Positions 14,766 through 22,618 of a stretch of DNA of 62,384 bases are shown one piece after another. The DNA is from a virus. Made by a program: the position numbers and the translations under genes. The notes under the pieces were generated by a model. That model had not been told where the DNA came from. It saw nothing but the letters and a program-made list of their open reading frames with translations, and searched no databases. The DNA is taken from positions 1-62,384 of the IMG/VR virus record IMGVR_UViG_3300022542_000881. One strand, 5' to 3'. Position 1 is the stretch's first letter, and each line of letters begins with the position of its first letter.

Positions 14766-16474
14766 TAACTATTGATATACATAGGGGTAGATTTCTTATT
14801 ACATGTCCGCACTTTGATGCAGGAGCGGTAGCTAACTTACCAAATAGGAGATTTAACAAAAAGAAGGGGACTTGGACAGCTCCCCTTATTCGTATGAACA
14901 TTGAGAATATAATGGGATGGGAAAACAAGATATTAAGTGCCTCTGCCCAGCAATTCTTTAATGAATATAAAAGTAAAAAGGACGAACCAAAAGAACCTTT
15001 TCCAACCGGCTATAGTTTCATGGTAAATAAAGATCCTTTTCCATTTCAACTAGACGGGTTGAATAAGGCATGGAGTATGGGTAATTTTGCATTATTCATG
15101 GATGCCGGGACAGGGAAAACAAAGGTTGCAGTTGATACGGCTACAGCAAGGTGGATGTTAAATAAAATAAAAAAGGTGGTGGTGATCGCATTAGTGTCCA
15201 TCAAAAGAAATTGGGTAAAGGAGATAAACAAACACTGCCCAATACCTCATGTATGTCTTCCTTTAAGATCAAATCAAGCGGGGAAGAACGAATTAAAAAG
15301 ATTTAAAGAGGAAAAACTTTTCCAATGGTTGATAGTGGGTATAGAATCTTTCTCTAATGGCAATGCTTATAATCTTGTTAAAGAGTATATAGATAATAAC
15401 ACTATGTTAATTGTGGACGAAAGTTCTAGAATAAAAAATCATAAAGCAAAGCGTACCGAATTAACCATTAATCTTGGTATGTTGGATCATGCTAAATACA
15501 AAATGATCCTTACCGGAACACCAGTTACCCAAGGGGCAGGGGATTTGTTTTCTCAATTTGAGTTCCTTGATCCTAATATCATTGGTATAGGCGATTTCTA
15601 TTCCTTTCGTAATCGATATTGTGTGATGGGGGGTTATAAAGGCAAGAAGGTTATAGCATATCAAAGATTAGATGAATTGATGAATGCAATATCCCCGTAT
15701 GTCTTCCAAGTAAGAAAAAGGGATGTATTAAAGGATCTGCCTGATTTCTCCAAGGAAACAAGGATAGTACAGATGTCCATGGAACAAAAATCTCTTTATA
15801 AAGAACTTAAAGAAACTATGCGTGTCGAGTATAAGAATAAAAAATTACGAGTCAAGAACATAATGAATCTTATGCAGAGATTCGGTGAGATTACTGGTGG
15901 TCATATTTCCTATGAGACAGAAAATCCTAATCCATTGACAAGGAAGAAGAAACCTATTATATACCAGAGGGTACGATTAAATAAATCCCCTAAATTAGAA
16001 GAGTTGGTGGCACTTCTTGAAGAGATGCCTATGGATGAACAAATAATCATATGGGCATCTAGAAAAGGTGAAGTAGAATTGATAGTTGAACGGTTAGCAA
16101 AGATTTATGGAAAAGAAACCATTGGGCAGATACATGGTGGGATAAAAGCTGAAGTATATCATAAATACGTAACAGAGTTCCAGAAAGGAAATCTTAAATG
16201 GATAGTTGGTAACCCTGCAGTCGGTGGCATAGGTCTTGATCTTTTTGCCGCAAGATATATGATTTATTATAGTAGGGATTTCTCTCTTGAAAATTGTATC
16301 CAAAGTGAGGCAAGGATAGATAGGATAGGTCAAACCAGGGCGATGACTTATTTTGATCTAGTATGTGAAGGTACGATAGATGAATATGTACTCAAATCTC
16401 TGGATGGTAAAAATGATTTCGCAGAAGAAGTAAGGGCCTCATTTGATGATGGGTCACTCATGGATTTAATATAA
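14762..16474 (+). CDS. SNF2/RAD54-family (SF2) helicase
   Basis: 570 aa. DAGTGKT (motif I), VDESSRIKN (motif II), LTGTPVTQ (motif III), GGIGLDL and QSEARIDRIGQ (motifs V/VI). Confidence 0.85.
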   Translation: MITIDIHRGRFLITCPHFDAGAVANLPNRRFNKKKGTWTAPLIRMNIENIMGWENKILSASAQQFFNEYKSKKDEPKEPFPTGYSFMVNKDPFPFQLDGLNKAWSMGNFALFMDAGTGKTKVAVDTATARWMLNKIKKVVVIALVSIKRNWVKEINKHCPIPHVCLPLRSNQAGKNELKRFKEEKLFQWLIVGIESFSNGNAYNLVKEYIDNNTMLIVDESSRIKNHKAKRTELTINLGMLDHAKYKMILTGTPVTQGAGDLFSQFEFLDPNIIGIGDFYSFRNRYCVMGGYKGKKVIAYQRLDELMNAISPYVFQVRKRDVLKDLPDFSKETRIVQMSMEQKSLYKELKETMRVEYKNKKLRVKNIMNLMQRFGEITGGHISYETENPNPLTRKKKPIIYQRVRLNKSPKLEELVALLEEMPMDEQIIIWASRKGEVELIVERLAKIYGKETIGQIHGGIKAEVYHKYVTEFQKGNLKWIVGNPAVGGIGLDLFAARYMIYYSRDFSLENCIQSEARIDRIGQTRAMTYFDLVCEGTIDEYVLKSLDGKNDFAEEVRASFDDGSLMDLI

Positions 16475-16490
16475 TAAATAAAAGAATGTC

Positions 16491-16757
16491 ATGATTGATA
16501 TTACTCCTATATTCGTATGGTATGATTTTTGGATAGGTATTTTTTGGAATAGGGATAAAAGCATTATATATTTTTTCCCTATTCCTATGTTTGGTTTTAA
16601 AATAGAAGTTAATAGGTACTTTGAAATATACAGTACTTTGATAAATGAAGTGGTTGGCTATTGTACAAATAAAGGATTAAAAGAAACAAGTAAACCTAAT
16701 CATATTCATAGACCAATATCAAAACGATATTTTAAAAAGATGATTTTAAAAAAATAA
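16491..16757 (+). CDS. Hypothetical protein
   Basis: 88 aa with an aromatic-rich N-terminus ([10 protein letters not shown]). Confidence 0.5.
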   Translation: MIDITPIFVWYDFWIGIFWNRDKSIIYFFPIPMFGFKIEVNRYFEIYSTLINEVVGYCTNKGLKETSKPNHIHRPISKRYFKKMILKK

Positions 16758-16765
16758 AGAAGGAT

Positions 16766-16969
16766 ATGATGGATGAAATAAATAAGATGATAGAAAATGC
16801 TATGAAAGCAAAGGAAGAAATTATTTCATTTACTAAGGGTAAAAGGAATACATCAGGGCGTATTGACCCCTGCCCTGTTTGTAAAGAAGGACCTCTAGCT
16901 TTCTCTGTACATCACAATGGACATGTTCATGCTATATGTGAAACTGGGTGTGTAAATTTTATGGAATAA
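16766..16969 (+). CDS. Zinc-binding small protein
   Basis: 67 aa. CPVC...H..H..C..GC. Confidence 0.55.
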   Translation: MMDEINKMIENAMKAKEEIISFTKGKRNTSGRIDPCPVCKEGPLAFSVHHNGHVHAICETGCVNFME

Positions 16970-17006
16970 TTTGATATAAGAGAATATCTGATTTGTAGTC
17001 CGGAGG

Positions 17007-17036
17007 TTGACAGGATATGCCTCGGCATGTTATAAT
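17007..17036 (+). promoter_or_regulatory. Sigma70-type promoter P4
   Basis: TTGACA (17007-17012), 18-nt spacer, TATAAT (17031-17036), then GTAAGTA. Confidence 0.65.
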
Positions 17037-17117
17037 GTAAGTACACATGGGGGCACAGGGCCTCACAGCGGATTAACCGCAAAACTCATTATTAAGCCAA
17101 TTTAGGAGGTTACTAAA

Positions 17118-17654
17118 ATGAGCGAGAACAAAGAAACAGTAGAAGTAGAAGAAACAGAGAAGCCTATGACCAAAAAGCAGATTGCCGCTGAAAAGGCCCA
17201 GGCCAAAGAGGATGCCAAGATTCCTGAGGGGACCATGGTAACTTGTGATGATGGTGAAGATCGTGCCGTTATCTATCGTGATACTGCCGTTGAACAAGGT
17301 CTCAATCGATACTTTACCGGGGAAAAATGTCGTAATGGTCATATGGTCGAGCGTAAAGTGAAAGGTTACGTATGTACAACCTGCGCACGGCTCCGCCAGA
17401 AGGAACGGCATAAAGCCCGTTTGGCCTCTGATTCTGAATACAAGGCCAAGTTCGCCAAGAAACGTGCAGACAAGCACAAGAAACGGTATGCCGAAGACCC
17501 TGAGTATCGTGAGAAGGTTCTTGGTCGTGCTAAGGACCGTAGGGCCAAGAAAACCGCAGAAAAAGGTAAGGCCAAGGCTGAGAAGGAAATTACTGACAAA
17601 GCCGAAGCTGAAGATACAATGAAAGCTGACGCTAAAGCCAAAGCCGCCAAATAA
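17118..17654 (+). CDS. Lys/Ala/Arg-rich basic protein with a central zinc-ribbon-like CxxGH...CxxC (nucleic-acid-binding candidate)
   Basis: 178 aa. SD AGGAGGT. YFTGEKCRNGHMVERKVKGYVCTTCARLRQKERHKA, followed by K/R/A-rich repeats. GC content is visibly above the genome norm. Confidence 0.6.
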   Translation: MSENKETVEVEETEKPMTKKQIAAEKAQAKEDAKIPEGTMVTCDDGEDRAVIYRDTAVEQGLNRYFTGEKCRNGHMVERKVKGYVCTTCARLRQKERHKARLASDSEYKAKFAKKRADKHKKRYAEDPEYREKVLGRAKDRRAKKTAEKGKAKAEKEITDKAEAEDTMKADAKAKAAK

Positions 17655-17736
17655 CGTGTCCGGAGGTTTGGGGGTCCTCTTATCAAAAACCCCCACTTAA
17701 TGCCAACATAGAGTGATCCACTTAAGGAGTGTAAAA

Positions 17737-18183
17737 ATGAATATACCAGAAAATCTTGAGATAGATTTCAAAGATTATGAAAAACTCACCCTGATCGAAG
17801 CTGTTGAAGCAATGAATGAGATGCGAAAACAGTTAGATTCCTTCGGCGAAGTAAAATCTTATTACCAAAAAATTTACGATCATCTGAGAATGACCCGTGT
17901 CCCAGAAATAATGGATAATGATGCTATTAATACTATAACTTTCGATGACATTGGGCGTGTCACCCTTACCTCTGATATCTATGCCTCCATTCCCACAGAA
18001 AGGAAGGATGATGCATGGGATTGGCTCAGGGATAACAATCATGGTGGTATTATAAAAGAAACCATCAATGCAGGTACCCTAAAAGCTACCTTAAAGGTCA
18101 TTATCAAGAAGGGGGAGCTATTACCCCCTGACCTGTTTAAAGTGACTCCATATAGTCGGGCCTCAATAACAAAGGTAAAGTAA
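17737..18183 (+). CDS. Hypothetical protein of the recombination/replication module
   Basis: 148 aa from the ATG behind AAGGAGTGTAAAA. N-terminal coiled coil. No motif recognised with confidence. Confidence 0.5.
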   Translation: MNIPENLEIDFKDYEKLTLIEAVEAMNEMRKQLDSFGEVKSYYQKIYDHLRMTRVPEIMDNDAINTITFDDIGRVTLTSDIYASIPTERKDDAWDWLRDNNHGGIIKETINAGTLKATLKVIIKKGELLPPDLFKVTPYSRASITKVK

Positions 18184-18344
18184 TGGGTGAAATGGCAGAT
18201 TTTGTACTTGATTGTGCAATGGATGAAGATGAACACTATGATAGATTCAAAGATGCCCCATTCAGTGAACAATATGAAGAGGGTATAATAGATGAAAATG
18301 GTGTATCTATAGGAAACCCAACCTTTATACCAGAGGAAAAATGA
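18183..18344 (+). CDS. Small acidic protein
   Basis: 53 aa (MGEMADFVLDCAMDEDEHYDRF...). TAATG and ATGA overlaps on both sides. Below the ORF-track cutoff. Confidence 0.45.
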   Translation: MGEMADFVLDCAMDEDEHYDRFKDAPFSEQYEEGIIDENGVSIGNPTFIPEEK

Positions 18345-18922
18345 CCAGTTATGACAGTTGCGATAATTGTGGATGTACTATAATCATATGTAATCAAACT
18401 TGGAGGGATGAAAAAGATGATTTATGCCCTTCCTGTAAGGAGAAAAGAAAATCAATGCAAATGTATATTGGAACAAAAATTATTCATGCACGGCCAATGA
18501 CTCTTGGCCATTATAACACCCATCGTGGATGGGAAATTCCTAAAGATAAAGACCCAATGAAGGATGGATTCTTGGTGGAATATGGTGACGGTTATCAGTC
18601 ATGGTCCCCGGCGGAGGCCTTCAAATCCTACCGCCCCACCAATGGTATGAATTTTGGCCTTGCTATTGAAGCGGTTAAAATGGGGCATAAAGTTGAACGT
18701 GCCGGTTGGAATGGTAAGGGTATCAATATTTTTCTTGTTGACGAAGCAACAGGGTTTAAAAGAGTTGGCCATGATGGTGAAAATTGTGATGTCAGATTGC
18801 AAGAGCATATTGTTATCGACACTACCGGTCTTCAGACTAATAATCCCGATGCCCCTAAAAGCATTATCCCTTGGTTAGCTTCCCAGACTGATATGCTGGC
18901 TGATGATTGGGTAATAATATAA
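18341..18922 (+). CDS. Zinc-ribbon / unknown domain / DUF2829 (Tad2-like) fusion protein
   Basis: 193 aa. The C-terminal ~90 aa read MNFGLAIEAVKMGHKVERAGWNGKG...PWLASQTDMLADDWVII, matching the DUF2829 hallmarks FGxAIEAxKxGxKVxRxGWNGKG and PWxxSQxDxLAxDW. The N-terminus has CDNCGC...CPSC. Confidence 0.65.
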   Translation: MTSYDSCDNCGCTIIICNQTWRDEKDDLCPSCKEKRKSMQMYIGTKIIHARPMTLGHYNTHRGWEIPKDKDPMKDGFLVEYGDGYQSWSPAEAFKSYRPTNGMNFGLAIEAVKMGHKVERAGWNGKGINIFLVDEATGFKRVGHDGENCDVRLQEHIVIDTTGLQTNNPDAPKSIIPWLASQTDMLADDWVII

Positions 18923-19174
18923 TCCGATCATATTTTTATGATTCCTGATACAACCGAGCCATTCTAAAAGGAGGTAAAAATATTAAAAAACATCGGTTCC
19001 GAACATAGCAGTCAACTTATTAATTAACCTCTGTGTGAGGTTGTGCTCCATGCCCTGTATGACGGGTGTCATGACGTAGAGCACCGGGGAGATCCCCCAA
19101 CCCATAGATTGTGCCACTTAAGGTACATGGATAAGGTATTAAAAACCTAATAATCTCTTAAAGGAGAATTAGCA

Positions 19175-19948
19175 ATGGCTAAAACAAAAGAAGTAGCAGT
19201 AGCATCATTTAATACAAATGAGCAATTACCTGATTACATGAAGCAGGATTCTGACCGTGGCTCTGAAAATGTCGGCATAGAGGATCTTACCATACCCCGG
19301 CTTGAGATAGTGCAATCTCTTTCTCCTGCCCGTGACAAAAAGGATCCTAACTATATCACAGGTGCCGAAGAGGGGATGCTGTATAATAATGTAAGTAGGG
19401 AACTCTTCACGGAGGGTGTATTCGTAGTACCTGTCATCTTCAAGAAGCAATGGTTAATCTGGAAAGACCGTGATTCAGGTGGTGGATTCAGAGGAGCCTA
19501 TGACACTCAAGAGGATGCCGGGAACCAGATTGCAAATCTTATGGCGGAAGGCGATGCCGGTCCTTTTGAAGACACTGACACTGCCCAACATCTCTGCTTG
19601 ATTCTTAGCATGGATGGTGCTAATGTTAAAAAAATCCAAGAAATTGCTATTTCCATGAGTAAATCAAAGATGAAGATTTCTCGCCAATGGAATAGTATGA
19701 TCAGGATGCTCGGTGGTGATCGTTTCTCCCGTGTATTCCATATCACTGCCGTGGAAGATACCAATGACAAAAATCAGAAGTTTGGTAACTTTCATGTGGT
19801 CAATGTTGGCTTTACCCCCAAGGAAGTGTACAAGATTGCAGAGCAACTGTACAATGATATGGCCTCCGGGGTGCGTGAGATGAAGGTTAATCAAGACCAA
19901 GATGAAGAAACTGCCCAAGAAGGTAAAGAGGGCAATCCTGAATTTTAG
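19175..19948 (+). CDS. Putative ssDNA-binding or recombination-associated protein
   Basis: 257 aa. Acidic C-terminal tail ending in an aromatic residue (DQDEETAQEGKEGNPEF), as in phage SSBs such as T7 gp2.5. Located in the replication module. The fold is not verifiable by eye. Confidence 0.3.
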   Translation: MAKTKEVAVASFNTNEQLPDYMKQDSDRGSENVGIEDLTIPRLEIVQSLSPARDKKDPNYITGAEEGMLYNNVSRELFTEGVFVVPVIFKKQWLIWKDRDSGGGFRGAYDTQEDAGNQIANLMAEGDAGPFEDTDTAQHLCLILSMDGANVKKIQEIAISMSKSKMKISRQWNSMIRMLGGDRFSRVFHITAVEDTNDKNQKFGNFHVVNVGFTPKEVYKIAEQLYNDMASGVREMKVNQDQDEETAQEGKEGNPEF

Positions 19949-20042
19949 CGGCACCCCTCCTCGCCGCAGGAGTTTGTAGGTTCTCCTAAACAAAACCCTC
20001 TGTTAGATTTATAACCCCTTTTCATAGATGTCTGTATTTTAC

Positions 20043-20108
20043 CTAATTTGGTGCGACAGTAGCTAAATAGGTTCAATTTGGTCGGTGGTTCAATTCCACC
20101 AATTTAGG
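20043..20108 (+). ncRNA. tRNA-like element 1 (non-canonical or degenerate)
   Basis: Perfect T-arm GGTGG-TTCAATT-CCACC. 7-bp acceptor-like stem CTAATTT/AATTTAG with one mismatch. The putative anticodon loop AGGTTCA lacks U33. No D-stem. About 66 nt. Confidence 0.3.
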
Positions 20109-20131
20109 GGCCATATAAATTGGAGATAAAA

Positions 20132-20188
20132 AGAATTGAGGCTATTTGGTAGCTACGTTCCTGTTGGGTTCGAATCCCATCGATTCTT
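20132..20188 (+). ncRNA. tRNA-like element 2 (lacks an anticodon arm)
   Basis: Acceptor AGAATTG/CGATTCT (one G-U), D-arm-like GCTA-TTTGG-TAGC, and T-arm TTGGG-TTCGAAT-CCCAT. Only 10 nt lie where a 17-nt anticodon arm should be. About 57 nt. Confidence 0.3.
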
Positions 20189-20435
20189 TTTACATAAAAT
20201 TTCTAACCGGGGATGCTAACTCCGGTGAAAGAAGGGATAACATAGCTGCCATGCATCCTACCCTGGGAAGGCCATGGGAAACTCGATAGACCCTTACGAA
20301 GGAAAGTCGATAACTAAACCTGACAGCCGGGAAATAGACCGGAACTCCCCCCTTATCGATTTATGATGATTAGTTTCATTAATTCATGATAAGGGGGAGG
20401 GGGTACTTTTATTAACCTTAACCTAAGGATACATC

Positions 20436-21869
20436 ATGGACACGGAAGTTATATACGGAAATCCCGGAACGGGTAAAACGTATAATCTAGTAAAACAAAT
20501 TGAAAGTCTCCACAAGGATGGATACAAAAGAGAGGACATACAAGTTCTCAGCCACACCAGAGTGGCCGCAAAAGAAATTGCCGATAGAGCCAAAGGAGCC
20601 AAGGCAAATACCCTCCATAGCCTAGCCTATAAATACGGCGGGATCATCAAAGAACAGGTTGCATCGACCTCAGAAATCAAGAAATTCTCAGGACAAATAG
20701 GTATACCACTTAAAGGTGTAGGGGATGATGGAACTACATCTATTGAGGCGGGTGATGAATATATTAACATAATCACACTGGCATCGAATAAGATGGTTGA
20801 TCCCCTTAAGTATTATAAAAAGGAGTTGTCCACTGCCGGACACTTTAGTGAATTTAAGTATTTTTATGAATCATACCTCAACTGGAAGAGAACTTATGGT
20901 ATGGTTGATTTTAATGACATGATATCGATAGCCTGTGATGGGTATATTGATCCAGATTTTAGGGTCCTATTCATTGATGAAGCACAAGATTTATCCCCCC
21001 TACAATGGCTTTTTATCGATAAGATGATTGATTCAAAGAAAATAGAAAAGGTGGTGATAACCGGGGACCCGGATCAAGCATTGTTTATATGGGGTGGTGC
21101 TGATTCTAAAGGGATGGAAAGATTCGCCGGTAGATATTACTCTAAGGTAATGGAGCTAACTCAATCATATAGGGTACCAAAATTAGCACATCATCTCGGC
21201 AGTTCTATAATATCTAAAGTTAAAAACAGATATATAAAAGATTATACACCAACAGATATTGAAGGTGATGTATTGTTTTATAATAGCCCTTTTGTTATGG
21301 ATTGGAAGAGATATGTTAATCATGATACTTTGATTTTATATCGTACTCATTCCCTCCGTAGAGAAGCCGAAGAGGAACTTATGAGAGCGCATCTTCCATA
21401 CACGGTTCTTAATGGTAGACCAGGGTGGTGTGATAATAGCATTGCTGATGCCCTGCGTATAATAGACCGTATGAGGAATAACAAGAACTTAATGGTATCG
21501 CCTAAGATGATAAGTATCTTGAATAGAGTGGCATCCATTCCAGGTAAGACCCTGTTAGCATATAAAAATTTTGATACATTCTTTAAACATGATCCGGGTC
21601 ACACCCTCAATATACCGATGGAGAGTAACTACTATTATAGGGACGTAGATCTGTCATCAAAACCGAATATAAAGTTATCCACCATACATGGAGCAAAAGG
21701 CATGGAGGCTGAAGTAGTTATAGTGCTTGATGGTATGGTACAAAGGGTAGCCGAAGGTCTTGAAACTAACCCTGATCAGGAACATAGGGTATGGTTCGTG
21801 GCAGTAACTCGTACAATAAAGAAGTTGATATGGGTCAATAGCATACAGGTTGAGGGGTATCCAATATGA
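20436..21869 (+). CDS. UvrD/Rep-like superfamily 1 DNA helicase
   Basis: 477 aa. GNPGTGKT (Walker A), FIDEAQDLSP (motif II), TQSYRVP, STIHGAKGMEAEVV (motif V), VAVTRTIKKL (motif VI). Confidence 0.8.
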   Translation: MDTEVIYGNPGTGKTYNLVKQIESLHKDGYKREDIQVLSHTRVAAKEIADRAKGAKANTLHSLAYKYGGIIKEQVASTSEIKKFSGQIGIPLKGVGDDGTTSIEAGDEYINIITLASNKMVDPLKYYKKELSTAGHFSEFKYFYESYLNWKRTYGMVDFNDMISIACDGYIDPDFRVLFIDEAQDLSPLQWLFIDKMIDSKKIEKVVITGDPDQALFIWGGADSKGMERFAGRYYSKVMELTQSYRVPKLAHHLGSSIISKVKNRYIKDYTPTDIEGDVLFYNSPFVMDWKRYVNHDTLILYRTHSLRREAEEELMRAHLPYTVLNGRPGWCDNSIADALRIIDRMRNNKNLMVSPKMISILNRVASIPGKTLLAYKNFDTFFKHDPGHTLNIPMESNYYYRDVDLSSKPNIKLSTIHGAKGMEAEVVIVLDGMVQRVAEGLETNPDQEHRVWFVAVTRTIKKLIWVNSIQVEGYPI

Positions 21870-22063
21870 TGTATTGTAATGGATGTAAAAATTTAGACCC
21901 TCAGGAAGAAGACCAAACTGATGAAAAAGAACCTCATATGTATAAACTATGGGGTATACGGGTACTTCATTTTGATAAGCATCCTTTAATAATAGTACCT
22001 ACTAATGGTCCATGTAATCATTATGATATGAGGGAGGGATATGAAAACATCATACTTTGCTAA
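21866..22063 (+). CDS. Hypothetical Cys-containing small protein
   Basis: 65 aa. ATGA overlap with the helicase stop. Confidence 0.5.
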   Translation: MMYCNGCKNLDPQEEDQTDEKEPHMYKLWGIRVLHFDKHPLIIVPTNGPCNHYDMREGYENIILC

Positions 22064-22382
22064 ATATAAAGAAAATGATGGTATAAGCATTGCCATAAGT
22101 TCCCCTTATTGGTTTAAAGGTTCATTATATCCTGCCCTATACCCAAAATGGACATTCCTTTCCAGATACCTTAGGAGTAAAAAAACTAAGGAAGATCAAA
22201 AGATATATATTAAAGAGTATTATACTCAAGTATTATCAAAATTAGACCCAGAAAGAGTACTTAAAGATTTAGATAACAGGGTGCTATTATGTTGGGAAAA
22301 AAAGGGAGACTTCTGCCATAGGAGATTGGTTGCCTATTGGATAGAAGAGTCTATACTAGGGGCGGAGGTACCAGAGATATGA
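22041..22382 (+). CDS. DUF488-like protein
   Basis: 113 aa. MKTSYFAKY...LLCWEKKGDFCHRRLVAYWI resembles the DUF488 signature (C..CHR..LA.WL). Confidence 0.5.
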   Translation: MKTSYFAKYKENDGISIAISSPYWFKGSLYPALYPKWTFLSRYLRSKKTKEDQKIYIKEYYTQVLSKLDPERVLKDLDNRVLLCWEKKGDFCHRRLVAYWIEESILGAEVPEI

Positions 22383-22618
22383 AATCAATACAAGAAAGAT
22401 ATTTAAATGATCCTGTATTTCATAATTTAGTGGTTATGATGGTATCGCATATTGATGCCGGTAAATTTACCCCATCAGAAATGAGAGATGCCGCTGTATA
22501 TGCATCTACTTTATATGAAATAAATAATGTAAAAGATTTTATTATACCGGATAATGTGGAGAAATCCTTTGATATCATAAGTGATTATATAAAGAGGAGG
22601 GGTAATGATATTCCCTAA
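22379..22618 (+). CDS. Hypothetical protein
   Basis: 79 aa from the ATG overlapping the upstream stop (ATGA). Confidence 0.5.
   Translation: MKSIQERYLNDPVFHNLVVMMVSHIDAGKFTPSEMRDAAVYASTLYEINNVKDFIIPDNVEKSFDIISDYIKRRGNDIP

Noticed and set aside
17073-17696. Minus-strand ORFs of 207 and 106 aa opposite the basic-protein gene
   Set aside because: These are shadow ORFs of a GC-richer, codon-biased gene. They have no SD, and the promoter and SD clearly serve the plus strand.
20043-20188. Calling the two elements bona fide tRNA genes
   Set aside because: I could not build a complete cloverleaf for either. One lacks an anticodon arm entirely. The other lacks a D-stem and has G instead of U at position 33. 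They are kept only as tRNA-like elements pending tRNAscan-SE.
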